Source of the DNA: an uncultured Pseudomonadota bacterium
Lineage (GTDB): Bacteria; Pseudomonadota; Alphaproteobacteria; Rs-D84
NCBI GenBank assembly: GCA_902790415.1
Contig: CADARU010000007.1
Coordinates: 1,412 to 65,411, forward strand
DNA length: 64,000 bases
Direction of reading: 5' to 3'
Positions 44,288-54,237 of this stretch are shown piece after piece; position 1 is the stretch's first letter; the number at the start of each line of letters is the position of its first letter. The notes beneath the pieces are model-generated. The model had not been told where the DNA came from. It was given only the letters and a program-made list of their open reading frames with translations, and did no database searches. Both the position numbers and the translations under genes were made by a program.

Positions 44288-46279
44288 ATGAAACATACGC
44301 TGTTAAATATTATCGGTATTATCGCGGTATTTGTCGCTATAATTTTCGCAATTAATTACACCAAGGAGAAAAAAATGAACATCGGAATCAAATATGAAAA
44401 TATGGATATGACAAAAAATCCAGGTGATGATTTTTATGATTATGCCACACTAGGTTGGCGAAAATTAAATCCGATTCCCGATGATTATACACGTTATGGT
44501 TCTTTTGACATATTAGCGAACAAAAATTTAGAGCGTGTTCGCGAAATTGCGGAATCTGATGGTGGTAAAATCGGTACATTGTATAAAATCGCAATGAACG
44601 CAGAAAAATTGAACGCGGATAAAATCGCACCTGTGAAAAAATATTTAGATGAAATAGATGCAATAAAATCTGTTAATGATTTTCCAAAATATTTGGGCAA
44701 TGCCCACAAAAATATATCCGGTGCATTTTGGTCCGATGGTGTCGCACTGGACGAAAAAGACAGCGAACATTTTATTTATAACATTGGCCAAGGTGGCATC
44801 GGTCTGTCGCGCGATTACTTTTTTGATGATGATGCCAAAAGTCAAGAAATACGAAAACAATATCGCGAATACATTGGCAAAATCATGAAAAATTTTGGCA
44901 TTACGGTTGATGTTGAAAAAATTTATAAATTTGAAGAACGTATGGCGAAATCTTTCTTTAAAAAAGAATTATTACGCGACCCACATGCAAACTATCACAA
45001 AATGTCAATTACACAGGTCAAAGAAAAATTCCCTGGATTTGATTGGGATGCATATTTGATGGCACGTGGGGCAACGGCGGCCACGGTTATAAATATAAAT
45101 CAACCATCCGCAATTACTGAATCTATTGCGATTATGAACGACACAGATTTAGATTTAATAAAAACATATCTAAGATATTGTGTTGTATCATCCACAACTT
45201 CATTATTGGATGATGAAACATATAATATTGCATTTGATTTTTATAACCGCAAAATGGCGGGACAAATTGAACCAAAACCACGCTGGAAACGCGCTATTGG
45301 AAAATTAAACGCGACACTAGGCGAAGAAATTGGCCACCTATATGTGAAAAAATATTTTCCGGCGGCTGCAAAAAAACGCATGGAACGGTTGGTTGAAAAT
45401 CTGCGCCAGGCATACGAAATCAGAATCAAAAACCTGGATTGGATGTCAGATGATACAAAAAAACAGGCGTTGGAAAAACTAAACTCGTTCAAGGCAAAAA
45501 TTGGTTATCCGGATAAATGGCGTGATTATTCCAAATTGGTCATAGATGAACACGATTCTTTGTTAGAAAACATGATTCGCGTTTCGGAATTCGAAGATGA
45601 TTTTTGGATTAAAAAAATCGGAAAAGAAAAAGACCCGACAATTTGGTATATGAACGCACACGAAATAAATGCATATTATGACCCATCAACAAATGAAATC
45701 TGTTTCCCGGCCGGCATATTACAATACCCGTTTTTTGATATGGATGCCGATGATGCATTTAACTATGGGGCGATTGGTTGCATTATCGGACATGAAATGA
45801 CACATGGTTTTGATGACCAGGGGCGCAATTTTGACAAAACGGGAAACCTGCGCGATTGGTGGACGACCGCCGATGCGGATGGCTTTAACAAACGTGCAAA
45901 AGTTATGCGGGATTTTTTTGATAAAATTAAAATATCTGATGATGTAAATGCAAACGGTGAATTTACATTGGGTGAAAACTTGGCCGATTATGGCGGTTTA
46001 ACAATCGCATATACCGCATATAAAAACTTTGGCACAGCATCCGAAACCATTGACAATTTGACACCCGACATGCGTTTCTTTATCGCATACGGTGGTGCAT
46101 GGGCACAAAATATGCGCGATGCCGAAGCATTGCGTTTAACCAAAACAGACGAACATTCGTTGCCACGTAATCGTGTTAACGGAATACTGCCACACATAGA
46201 TGCGTGGTATGATGCATTTGGAATCAAGGAATCTGATAAATTATATATCGCACCAGACAAACGTGTTCGGTTATGGTAA
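44288..46279 (+). CDS. M13-family zinc metallopeptidase (PepO / endothelin-converting-enzyme-like)
   Basis: NAYY, IGHEMTHGFD (HExxH) and GENLADYGG motifs. N-terminal TM anchor. 663 aa. Confidence 0.88.
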   Translation: MKHTLLNIIGIIAVFVAIIFAINYTKEKKMNIGIKYENMDMTKNPGDDFYDYATLGWRKLNPIPDDYTRYGSFDILANKNLERVREIAESDGGKIGTLYKIAMNAEKLNADKIAPVKKYLDEIDAIKSVNDFPKYLGNAHKNISGAFWSDGVALDEKDSEHFIYNIGQGGIGLSRDYFFDDDAKSQEIRKQYREYIGKIMKNFGITVDVEKIYKFEERMAKSFFKKELLRDPHANYHKMSITQVKEKFPGFDWDAYLMARGATAATVININQPSAITESIAIMNDTDLDLIKTYLRYCVVSSTTSLLDDETYNIAFDFYNRKMAGQIEPKPRWKRAIGKLNATLGEEIGHLYVKKYFPAAAKKRMERLVENLRQAYEIRIKNLDWMSDDTKKQALEKLNSFKAKIGYPDKWRDYSKLVIDEHDSLLENMIRVSEFEDDFWIKKIGKEKDPTIWYMNAHEINAYYDPSTNEICFPAGILQYPFFDMDADDAFNYGAIGCIIGHEMTHGFDDQGRNFDKTGNLRDWWTTADADGFNKRAKVMRDFFDKIKISDDVNANGEFTLGENLADYGGLTIAYTAYKNFGTASETIDNLTPDMRFFIAYGGAWAQNMRDAEALRLTKTDEHSLPRNRVNGILPHIDAWYDAFGIKESDKLYIAPDKRVRLW

Positions 46280-46280
46280 A

Positions 46281-46298
46281 TTAGTGTTAGCGGTTAGT
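46281..46298. repeat. GTTAGTG-type oligo-repeat copy
   Basis: TTAGTGTTAGCGGTTAGT directly after the peptidase stop. An inverted partner at 46357..46377 flanks the terminator AGCGGGCGCAAATTTGCGCCCGTT. Confidence 0.6.
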
Positions 46299-46356
46299 AA
46301 AAAATTGTTTTGAAAATCACAACCATAAATAAAAAGCGGGCGCAAATTTGCGCCCG

Positions 46357-46377
46357 TTACTAATCACTAACTTACTA
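46357..46377. repeat. inverted GTTAGTG-type copy
   Basis: TTACTAATCACTAACTTACTA. Overlaps the ihfA stop. Confidence 0.55.
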
Positions 46378-46659
46378 TTTTGCAACACGTTTTCTAAATT
46401 CACTGCATGGACGGAACGCGGTAACACGACGTGCGGTGATAATCGCACTCTCGCCTGTTTTGGGGTTACGACCAATACGCGCAGATTTATTTAAAATTTT
46501 AAAACTGCCAAATCCGGCAAATTTAACTTCTTCGCCGTTAACCAAAGATTCACATATTTCATCAAACACCAAATCAACCACACTGGCCGATTGTGCGGCG
46601 GTAAAACCAAATTTTTCACGTAAAGATTTTGCCAAATCACTTCTTGTAATCGTTGTCAT
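46375..46659 (-). CDS. ihfA: integration host factor subunit alpha
   Basis: GFGSFKILNKSARIGRNPKTGESAIITARRVTAFRP matches the IHF-alpha arm. Located next to fabH, as in alphaproteobacteria. Confidence 0.8.
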   Translation of the reverse strand: MTTITRSDLAKSLREKFGFTAAQSASVVDLVFDEICESLVNGEEVKFAGFGSFKILNKSARIGRNPKTGESAIITARRVTAFRPCSEFRKRVAK

Positions 46660-46662
46660 TTT

Positions 46663-47601
46663 TTACACCCTAATTAAAGTTGCCCCCCAGGTTAGTCCAC
46701 TGCCAAATGCAGGGTACAAAACCAACTGTCCTTTCTTAATAATATTGTTATCGAACGCGTATGTCAATGCCAAAGCACCTGATGCGCCACTGGTATTGGC
46801 GTGTTTATCCACCGTAACCAGAATTTTTTCCAACGGGAATCCCAAACGTGCGGCCCCCGATTGAATAATACGTAAATTTGCCTGGTGCGGAACAATCCAA
46901 TCCACGTCATCGGGGGTGATTCCCGCATGGTCCATAATATATCGTGCCGCATCCGGCATCAGTGTTACGGCCTGTTTGTACGTTTCGGGACCGTTCATAA
47001 TAATCTTGTGGTCCGGCGAACCATGCAACATATCAAACTTTTTGCCATCAGACATTACAACCGTATCAATGATTCCAGAATAACTGGACGAAGAACGTTC
47101 AAAAATCAAAGCACCCGCACCATCGCCAAACAAAACCGCGGTTGACCGGTCGGTCATATCAACAAAGCGCGACATTTTTTCTGCACCTATAACCATAATG
47201 CGTTCATGCATACCGGCGGTAAAAAATGCACGCGCACAATGCAAAGCGTAAATATAGCCCGTACATGCACCACGCACGTCAAAAGCCGGAATATTTTTTT
47301 GCGCCTGCATTCGACCTACAACCTGAACCGCAACAGATGGAAAATCCAATTCTGGGGTTGTGGTTGCGACAATCACCATATCTATATCATCTATTTTTAA
47401 TTTTGCGTTTTCCAATGCCGCACGCGCCGCGGCAACCGCCATATCGGCAACCGTTTCATTTTCTGCGGCAAAATGACGTTCACGAATTCCGGTGCGTTCA
47501 ACAATCCATTGGTCGGTTGTATCCATAACGCGTTCAAAATCCGCATTACTCATAATGCGCGCAGGCAAATAAGAACCATATCCGATTAATCTATTTCCCA
47601 T
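46663..47601 (-). CDS. fabH: beta-ketoacyl-ACP synthase III
   Basis: TTDQWIVERTGIRERHFA, ACTGYIYAL (active-site Cys), VPHQANLRI and GFGSGLTWGA motifs. Confidence 0.92.
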   Translation of the reverse strand: MGNRLIGYGSYLPARIMSNADFERVMDTTDQWIVERTGIRERHFAAENETVADMAVAAARAALENAKLKIDDIDMVIVATTTPELDFPSVAVQVVGRMQAQKNIPAFDVRGACTGYIYALHCARAFFTAGMHERIMVIGAEKMSRFVDMTDRSTAVLFGDGAGALIFERSSSSYSGIIDTVVMSDGKKFDMLHGSPDHKIIMNGPETYKQAVTLMPDAARYIMDHAGITPDDVDWIVPHQANLRIIQSGAARLGFPLEKILVTVDKHANTSGASGALALTYAFDNNIIKKGQLVLYPAFGSGLTWGATLIRV

Positions 47602-47690
47602 TTTTTTCTACCTTAGAATTGTGCCAACATTATAGCCGCACCGAATATAACTTGCAATATCAAAATAAGATATTAAAATAAATTTCGCGT

Positions 47691-47766
47691 GTCCCCATAG
47701 TTCAATTGGATAGAACAAGTTCCTCCTAAGAATTAGATGTTGGTTCGATTCCGACTGGGGATACCA
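47691..47766 (+). tRNA. tRNA-Arg (anticodon CCT)
   Basis: GTCCCCA acceptor (G1:U72), anticodon arm AGTTC-CTCCTAA-GAATT, T-arm GTTGG-TTCGATT-CCGAC. CCA is encoded. 76 nt. Confidence 0.88.
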
Positions 47767-47785
47767 AAAAAATTGGAATAAAAAA

Positions 47786-48115
47786 ATGAAGAACAAAGCA
47801 ATTAAATTTGGGATTATCGCAGGAATTTTACCGCACCTGTTTTGTTGCGTATTACCGGTTGTTTTAGGACTGGTTGGATTGGTTGCCCCGGGAATTGCGG
47901 ACCATAAAATTGTGCCGGAAAATACGGAAAAATGGTTATTTATATTTTCCGGGCTGATGTTAATTTTATCTTGGATGACATATTTTAATAATCGTGATTG
48001 TAATTGCGAACACTGTAACGAAAATCATCATCATCGTGTACAGTTAATAATTTTAATCTGTATCACTATTTTAAGTTTGATTGGAATAATAACACATTTG
48101 GTTTTACATCATTAA
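47786..48115 (+). CDS. small 3-TM membrane protein with MerT-like Cys arrangement
   Basis: A CC pair in TM1 (HLFCCVLPVV) and a Cys/His-rich loop (DCNCEHCNENHHHR) between TM2 and TM3. The layout resembles MerT. No other mer genes are nearby. Confidence 0.35.
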   Translation: MKNKAIKFGIIAGILPHLFCCVLPVVLGLVGLVAPGIADHKIVPENTEKWLFIFSGLMLILSWMTYFNNRDCNCEHCNENHHHRVQLIILICITILSLIGIITHLVLHH

Positions 48116-48116
48116 G

Positions 48117-48147
48117 AAAACACCCCGGTTTTTCCGGGGTATTTTTT
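48117..48147. terminator. bidirectional terminator
   Basis: Hairpin ACCCCGG-TTTTTC-CGGGGT with flanking A- and T-runs. Lies between convergent genes. Confidence 0.65.
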
Positions 48148-50887
48148 AATCATCAAATGTGCAATATTCGAGTACATTTGCTGCATCTGGGTGATATGTT
48201 CCGCCCATTCCTTCACAAGCGCCTTGGTTGGCGCATGCTAAACGCGCTAAATTTCCATTGCCACACACGCATGTGGTATCATTTGAAGTTGTCTCTGAAT
48301 AACACTCGTTACCAACGACCCCTGTTGTCGAAACACAGTTGCCAGAAGCACACATGATAACGGGGTTAATCACGGGTGTAAAACTGCAATTATAAACGGC
48401 GGTTAAGGTTTTGTTTTCATTATAAGAATATATTTGACTGGTGCCGGCATTAATATTGGTGTCCGTGCCACTTATTTTCCAATTTTTAAAACTGCATGTA
48501 GAGTTGCCAGCCGTTGGAACACTGCATGTATTCTGGGCGGCGGTAAATGCGGCACCACCGGTTACAGTTTGGGCGGCCGGCGGGGTTCCTGAACCATTGC
48601 CACAATTATATGAGATAACATATTGGTTACTGCAATTAGCCCCCCCGATGATACCACAGACCCAGTTAGCGAGTTGAGTTGGGGTTGGATTCTCGATAGA
48701 ATAACCATTTACGGACATACAGGTAATGATATTAGCCCGACAAGCATTAATAGCAATATTAGCCTGAGTATTATTAAATAGAGAAGAAGTAGTATCTGAA
48801 GGATAATTGTTTTGTGACAAACAAGAATTAACATCAGTTATACAAGAAGCGGCGTAATCATTAAGGATTTCGTCTTGTTTTGCCTTAATTTTGACCAACA
48901 CGCGCGCCAAATATTGTTTAATAACATCATTGTTGGGTTTGTATGTGATGTTGGTACCGGTGCCTGTATATGTATAATTTTGGCATTTGTTCAATACTGC
49001 CATGCACATACCATAATTCACATTTTTGTCGTTATATCCAATTTTGTTTTGTAAAAATGCCGACATATTCTCGCTAGTACCAGTTGGCAAACTACTTGTA
49101 ACAGTTTCCGAGATATATTCGGACAGATTTCCCTGGGCACCATTATCAGACGAACTGGTTGAATTATAATACGGTAATGCCCATGCATTTTTATTCGAAC
49201 CATAATCCCATGTACGATACAATGCGACATCAAAAACACTGCTAGTCGGGGCGGCAATGTTACCAATCGTTGCCTCGGTCATATGAACATTATTACTGTT
49301 ATCAATGGCGGCACCCGGTTGTGAACCGACAACAATTTCACCGTTTACAATATAACGGCCCGTTGGGTCCAAACAATTTTCATAATCGGTGCCACAAACA
49401 AATTCATCTTGCATACAGTTATCTAACTCGGTTACACAGCCACGCATATCATATTCGTTTTTCTGTTGTGCAACCAACAAACGCGCCTTTTGCAAAACAT
49501 TTTTCGCATTGCGAACCGTTGCATCCATTTGTTCATTAGAATCGTTTAAACTGCGTTCGTATGCGATACATTGTTTATCTATTTCCAAATCATAGGAATT
49601 TGTAATAATTGCCGCATCAACACCTTGGGCAACACAACTGTTCAAAACGTTGGCCTTGCAACGCGCGGCGGCGGTTTTGTACAATTTTTCACCACGTTGA
49701 TTATTTATACTGGACGTGTTGGACGATGTTCCACCCAACAACGCAGAAATATCAAAACCAGTGCTGTCAAAACTGAAATCCAACAGACCAGATAAATCAA
49801 ATGTCATATCATTGTTACTGGAACCGGAAGATTTGCCGGATTGAACACTGACAATCATACCCTGGATTTTATCGAGATTTGCTTTTAATTGGCTGTTATC
49901 CGTTTTGGATTGCATTTCCAATTCGCCAACCGTTTGTGAAAACAGTGTGCTGATTTCATTTGCAGACAAACCAATGTAAGAAATCTTGGTCGCAACATCT
50001 TGCAATTCGGCGGTAACCTGTTTCAATGTTTCTTCGGCCTTGGCATAGTTTTTCAAATTTGCACTGCAACTGCAACGACCCTGGTTATCATCCAAAACAT
50101 TACAATAATTATCCATACAGTTCGCATATTGCGCCTTGCAATAATCGGTCAATTCCGCCAATGCATCCATATCCGCAGAATTATCAACAACCGCCGATGT
50201 GTCAACCGTTGTACCCGTTGCAATAGAACCACTGCGAATTGCGGCATTACGGCGAACACCAACACGCACACCATCCGCACTGTATGATGCATCAGATGTT
50301 ACACCGTTTGGATTGTATAGTGTGCCGCCCGTACTACCCACATAGGTGATTTTTTGCTGTGTTGTCGCAACACCACGTGCCGCACGCGATGTTAACGCAC
50401 CGTTTGATGATGCAGAACGCGTTGTTGTCGCGCCACGTGTAACCGTTTTACCGCCCGTTGCACGCGTTGCCGCCGCACGGGTTGAATTTGTAGCCCCCCT
50501 GGTCGCAGCCGTTGTTGTTGCCGCACGGTTTGTCACCGTACGCGCCACTGTTCCACGCGGTGATGAATTTGTTGTTGTACGCGCCGCAACCACACGACCC
50601 GCCGCCGCCGATGTATCACGACGACCCGCCGGCGTTGCCGCCGCCGGTACCGCACGCGATGCCGTTACACGCGATGCCGATGAAGAACGCACCCCCACAG
50701 GTTTGCCAACCGGCACAACCGGTGCCTTGACAGGTTCTGTTGCCGTTTCTTCTTCTTCAAAAACAATGTCGCCATCGTCATATTCAACATCAGAATATTC
50801 CACCCCGTCATCATAAAAAACAGGTGCAACTTCGGCAAACGCAGGTAATGTCAATAACATACCAACAAAAACAGCAATTCTCTTCAT
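48146..50887 (-). CDS. large secreted Cys-rich protein with Ala/Thr/Arg low-complexity region
   Basis: 913 aa. Signal peptide MKRIAVFVGMLLTLPAFA, an acidic stretch, about 130 aa of A/T/R/G/S-rich repeats, then Cys-patterned helical and C-terminal Cys/Gly/Asn-rich domains. No family recognised. Confidence 0.6.
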   Translation of the reverse strand: MKRIAVFVGMLLTLPAFAEVAPVFYDDGVEYSDVEYDDGDIVFEEEETATEPVKAPVVPVGKPVGVRSSSASRVTASRAVPAAATPAGRRDTSAAAGRVVAARTTTNSSPRGTVARTVTNRAATTTAATRGATNSTRAAATRATGGKTVTRGATTTRSASSNGALTSRAARGVATTQQKITYVGSTGGTLYNPNGVTSDASYSADGVRVGVRRNAAIRSGSIATGTTVDTSAVVDNSADMDALAELTDYCKAQYANCMDNYCNVLDDNQGRCSCSANLKNYAKAEETLKQVTAELQDVATKISYIGLSANEISTLFSQTVGELEMQSKTDNSQLKANLDKIQGMIVSVQSGKSSGSSNNDMTFDLSGLLDFSFDSTGFDISALLGGTSSNTSSINNQRGEKLYKTAAARCKANVLNSCVAQGVDAAIITNSYDLEIDKQCIAYERSLNDSNEQMDATVRNAKNVLQKARLLVAQQKNEYDMRGCVTELDNCMQDEFVCGTDYENCLDPTGRYIVNGEIVVGSQPGAAIDNSNNVHMTEATIGNIAAPTSSVFDVALYRTWDYGSNKNAWALPYYNSTSSSDNGAQGNLSEYISETVTSSLPTGTSENMSAFLQNKIGYNDKNVNYGMCMAVLNKCQNYTYTGTGTNITYKPNNDVIKQYLARVLVKIKAKQDEILNDYAASCITDVNSCLSQNNYPSDTTSSLFNNTQANIAINACRANIITCMSVNGYSIENPTPTQLANWVCGIIGGANCSNQYVISYNCGNGSGTPPAAQTVTGGAAFTAAQNTCSVPTAGNSTCSFKNWKISGTDTNINAGTSQIYSYNENKTLTAVYNCSFTPVINPVIMCASGNCVSTTGVVGNECYSETTSNDTTCVCGNGNLARLACANQGACEGMGGTYHPDAANVLEYCTFDD

Positions 50888-51021
50888 GGTAAATCTTTCC
50901 TTCCGTTATGTATATTTTATCATCACGTGAAAATTTGCGCAAGTGAAAAACACACACGTTTGCCATGTGATTTTTTTCTAAATCTTTTTACCTTGCGAGA
51001 AAAAAATATTTAACTATAATT

Positions 51022-52581
51022 TTGTTATACAAAAATGCAAAATCGGTGATACAAATGAGTATTCCAATTACAACAACTGACGTACGACTAAATGGATATG
51101 TTCCAAAAATTTCTGATACCGATTTTGAATACAACCCGATGCAAACACCAATTGCACAGACATATATCCATGAATTAAAACACAAAAAAAATGCCAGTGG
51201 CGCAACCCTGGTGTCAGATGGTTTAACCGCGTTCGTTGTGCGCGCCGCGTTTGCACGCATGGCAACAAAAACTATTGATTTACAAACATATATTTACAGT
51301 AACGATTTTTCTTCACGCGTTTTAATTGGCGAACTAAAAAACGCGGCCGACCGCGGGGTCAAGGTTCGCATACTGTTGGACGATTATGGAACAAAAACAG
51401 ATTTCGCCGATGTGTTATTACTAAACCAGCATCCAAATATTGAAGTAAAAATCTTTAATGTTCGCCGACACCGGTCGCGATTATTATACATACCTGAAAT
51501 GTTGATGGATTTTAACCGGCTAAATTCGCGCATGCATAACAAACTATTCATCGTTGACAACATCGCACTAATTACCGGCGGCCGTAACATCGGACGCGAT
51601 TATTTTCCGGAAACAACATCTAACTTTTCCGATACAGACGTTTTATTCCTGGGCCAAATTGCGCACAGCGCAACAGAGAAATTTAACGAATACTGGAATC
51701 ATCATTTGGCCGTACCTGCAACAGTTTTACCCAAGGCAAAATCAAAAATCGCCGCGCGCCGATTACAACGAACATTTGAAAAATTGCTAAAAAACAGCGC
51801 ACGAAACGTACGCAGATATAACGCATTTATTACATGGACCATGCGTGAATTTAACAAACAAAACTTTGATTTTTGTTGGGGCAAAGGAACATTTTTGGCA
51901 GATTTACCAACCAAAGTAGAACTGCCTAAACAACGCAAAGAAAAATACCACAGTGAAATAATCATTGCATTAAACCGCCTGTGGAAGGCCACAAAACAAT
52001 CCGCCTATGTTTCTGCCGCGTACTTTGTGCCGGGGCCTGGCGGGGTAAAAACAATGATAAACGAAGAAAAGGCCGGCGTACATGTTACATTGGTTACAAA
52101 TTCGTTGTCTTCAACGAACGCGCCAACCGTATATAGTAAATGGGAAAAATATCGCAAGCAGTTAATAGACGGCGGCATAGATGTATATGAATTTATGCGT
52201 GGCGAAGAAAACAATCGACACAAAAAATATAATCACGAACGTCGCCAACACTTCTTTTCGGTAATGCACAGCAAAACTATTGTTTTTGACAATAAAATCT
52301 CTTGGATTGGCAGTTTTAATCTGGACCCACGCAGCGCGTATTACAACACTGAAAATGTCGCGATATTTGAAAGTGAAAAATTTGCAAAAAAACTGCGCGA
52401 TTTGATTTTAAACGATACAAAAATATCATGGCATGTAAAAAATCGCGGAAAACATACTATTTGGACCGGAATTCGTCCCGATGAAACGAAACCAGAAGAA
52501 CACTTTTTGGACCCAGACACAACTTTTTTTAGACGTGTAATGAAAAAAATCACAAAATTTATCCCAGAAAAACTTGTCTAA
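51022..52581 (+). CDS. phospholipase D / cardiolipin-synthase-like family protein
   Basis: Two HKD motifs: HNKLFIVDNIALITGGRNIGRDY and HSKTIVFDNKISWIGSFNLDPRS. An alternative start lies at 51055. Confidence 0.85.
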   Translation: MLYKNAKSVIQMSIPITTTDVRLNGYVPKISDTDFEYNPMQTPIAQTYIHELKHKKNASGATLVSDGLTAFVVRAAFARMATKTIDLQTYIYSNDFSSRVLIGELKNAADRGVKVRILLDDYGTKTDFADVLLLNQHPNIEVKIFNVRRHRSRLLYIPEMLMDFNRLNSRMHNKLFIVDNIALITGGRNIGRDYFPETTSNFSDTDVLFLGQIAHSATEKFNEYWNHHLAVPATVLPKAKSKIAARRLQRTFEKLLKNSARNVRRYNAFITWTMREFNKQNFDFCWGKGTFLADLPTKVELPKQRKEKYHSEIIIALNRLWKATKQSAYVSAAYFVPGPGGVKTMINEEKAGVHVTLVTNSLSSTNAPTVYSKWEKYRKQLIDGGIDVYEFMRGEENNRHKKYNHERRQHFFSVMHSKTIVFDNKISWIGSFNLDPRSAYYNTENVAIFESEKFAKKLRDLILNDTKISWHVKNRGKHTIWTGIRPDETKPEEHFLDPDTTFFRRVMKKITKFIPEKLV

Positions 52582-52841
52582 TAACAAACGACTATCATTT
52601 TTTTCAAAAAAAATTTAAAAAAAATGATTTTTCCTCTTGACGGTCGATTCGTTTTTATTCTATCATCGCTGTATAGACAAAGGGGATAACAAACAAATCT
52701 CAGGGTTTCGCAAAAAAGCGCGGATTTCTGGGAAAAAGACAACAAACAAAAAAATTTAATCCAGAAACTTGTAAATACACAATGTAAATACAAAATCTGC
52801 TTTGAATTTTTGACAAGACGCCCAGAAAGGAGGGACCACAC

Positions 52842-53177
52842 ATGCCAAAAAATATCAAAGAAATTATGATTGCACTGCACCAAGTTCTTAGCACAACGGT
52901 TTGGGTTAATGCCGACCGTCAAATAATTTCATTAAGTGATGAATTACAAATCGGAAAAAATAATTCACCACGTTCTATTGAAGATTTGCCACGTACATCA
53001 CTGATTGGTGCGTACGTGTCTTTGCAAATCCGTACAGATAATTTTGATGTCGCCGCCGAAACATTGGAAACAAAAGATTTGGCATTGCGCGTCAAAGAAA
53101 TGGTTTTCGCCGAAGCAAAACGTATCATGGATGCAGATACAGAAAAAACATCTGGTTCTGTGGCACGCGCGGCATAA
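52842..53177 (+). CDS. hypothetical protein
   Basis: 111-aa ORF with a strong AGGAGG SD. Preceded by about 190 nt of non-coding leader after a TTGACG-N17/18-TATCAT promoter-like site near 52637. Confidence 0.45.
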   Translation: MPKNIKEIMIALHQVLSTTVWVNADRQIISLSDELQIGKNNSPRSIEDLPRTSLIGAYVSLQIRTDNFDVAAETLETKDLALRVKEMVFAEAKRIMDADTEKTSGSVARAA

Positions 53178-53283
53178 TCTGTGGGAAATCCCAAAGATTA
53201 TTTACAAGTTTCCGGTATCCGGAAGGAAGGAGAGCACGTCGGTGAGTAATTGCCGACGTTGTTTTTTATATAAATATCATTTT

Positions 53284-54180
53284 TTAATCGTGTGCATCTT
53301 CCAACCCAAGGGTTTCGCGATGCGCCCAATAATCTGCATTTTTAACAGTATATGCATGTGAGGCGCACCTTGAAGCACAATCGGTACTACACGCAGAACC
53401 AGAAAAACGCACACCACCAGCCACCCACATGTTACCACTATACGGCGAAACAACCCGGCACATACAATAGTTTGCCGTATTAGATATTTCCGGCCGTCCA
53501 AGATTAACCCAACTTTCGTATTCTTGTTGCACAAATGTGTTTTCATTAGGACGGACATAAATTCCAGTAGAAGGCACCCTGCCATTAAAAACATCTTTGC
53601 CTTCCACACATATTGACACGCCTTTTAATGGCGTTGTTTGCTCTACATAACGAATAATCCACTCGCCCGATTCAAGATTTGCATTTTGGCATACTTGTTT
53701 GGTATCTTTATCGCCATTTAATTCCTTGTAACAATAGGTTTGTTTTTGGGCAAAAGGGTTAAAAGTCAAAGAAGAATTATTATTTGCAACATTTACATCA
53801 CTGGTTTTATCAGTATCGCCACCATCAAAAGTTTCACCTTCTCCTTTCGTTTTTTCTGTGGCGATTTTGGCATTGATTTTGTCTAACTTCTTTTTCTCGG
53901 TATCAATTTTGGTTTGGGTATCACTAATTTCACGTTCCAAGGTCTTGCTTTTAGACGCCAACGCGATGTTTCCGGCAACACCCGCCGCCGTCAATCCCAA
54001 CGTAGAAATACCGGCAATTTTAAAACCGTTAACTTTTTTAGCACATTGTTCTAACTGGGCCAATTTTTGTTGTTTTTGTTGCAACAATCGATTTATTTGG
54101 GGATTTTGCCCCCCCGCCGCGTTTAAGTTAACCGCAAATACCAATGCACCACTAAAAAAATATATGATTTGTTTTTTCAA
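53284..54180 (-). CDS. secreted coiled-coil protein with a Gly/Ala-rich segment and Cys-rich C-terminal domain (family member P3)
   Basis: Signal peptide. KLAQLEQCAKKVNGFKIAGISTLGLTAAGVAGNIALA matches P1 and P2. Followed by a second coiled coil and a C-terminal domain with 11 Cys. Confidence 0.55.
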   Translation of the reverse strand: MKKQIIYFFSGALVFAVNLNAAGGQNPQINRLLQQKQQKLAQLEQCAKKVNGFKIAGISTLGLTAAGVAGNIALASKSKTLEREISDTQTKIDTEKKKLDKINAKIATEKTKGEGETFDGGDTDKTSDVNVANNNSSLTFNPFAQKQTYCYKELNGDKDTKQVCQNANLESGEWIIRYVEQTTPLKGVSICVEGKDVFNGRVPSTGIYVRPNENTFVQQEYESWVNLGRPEISNTANYCMCRVVSPYSGNMWVAGGVRFSGSACSTDCASRCASHAYTVKNADYWAHRETLGLEDAHD

Positions 54181-54237
54181 AACCTCTCCCTACCCCCGGA
54201 GATTATATCACAAAAACACCCGTTAAGTAAAAATAAA

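Noticed and set aside
50346-50816. 156-aa plus-strand ORF (with 50512..50730) rich in Ala, Val, Arg and Pro
   Set aside because: It lies antisense to the GC-rich low-complexity part of the 913-aa gene. This is a typical shadow ORF created by biased composition, with no start context.
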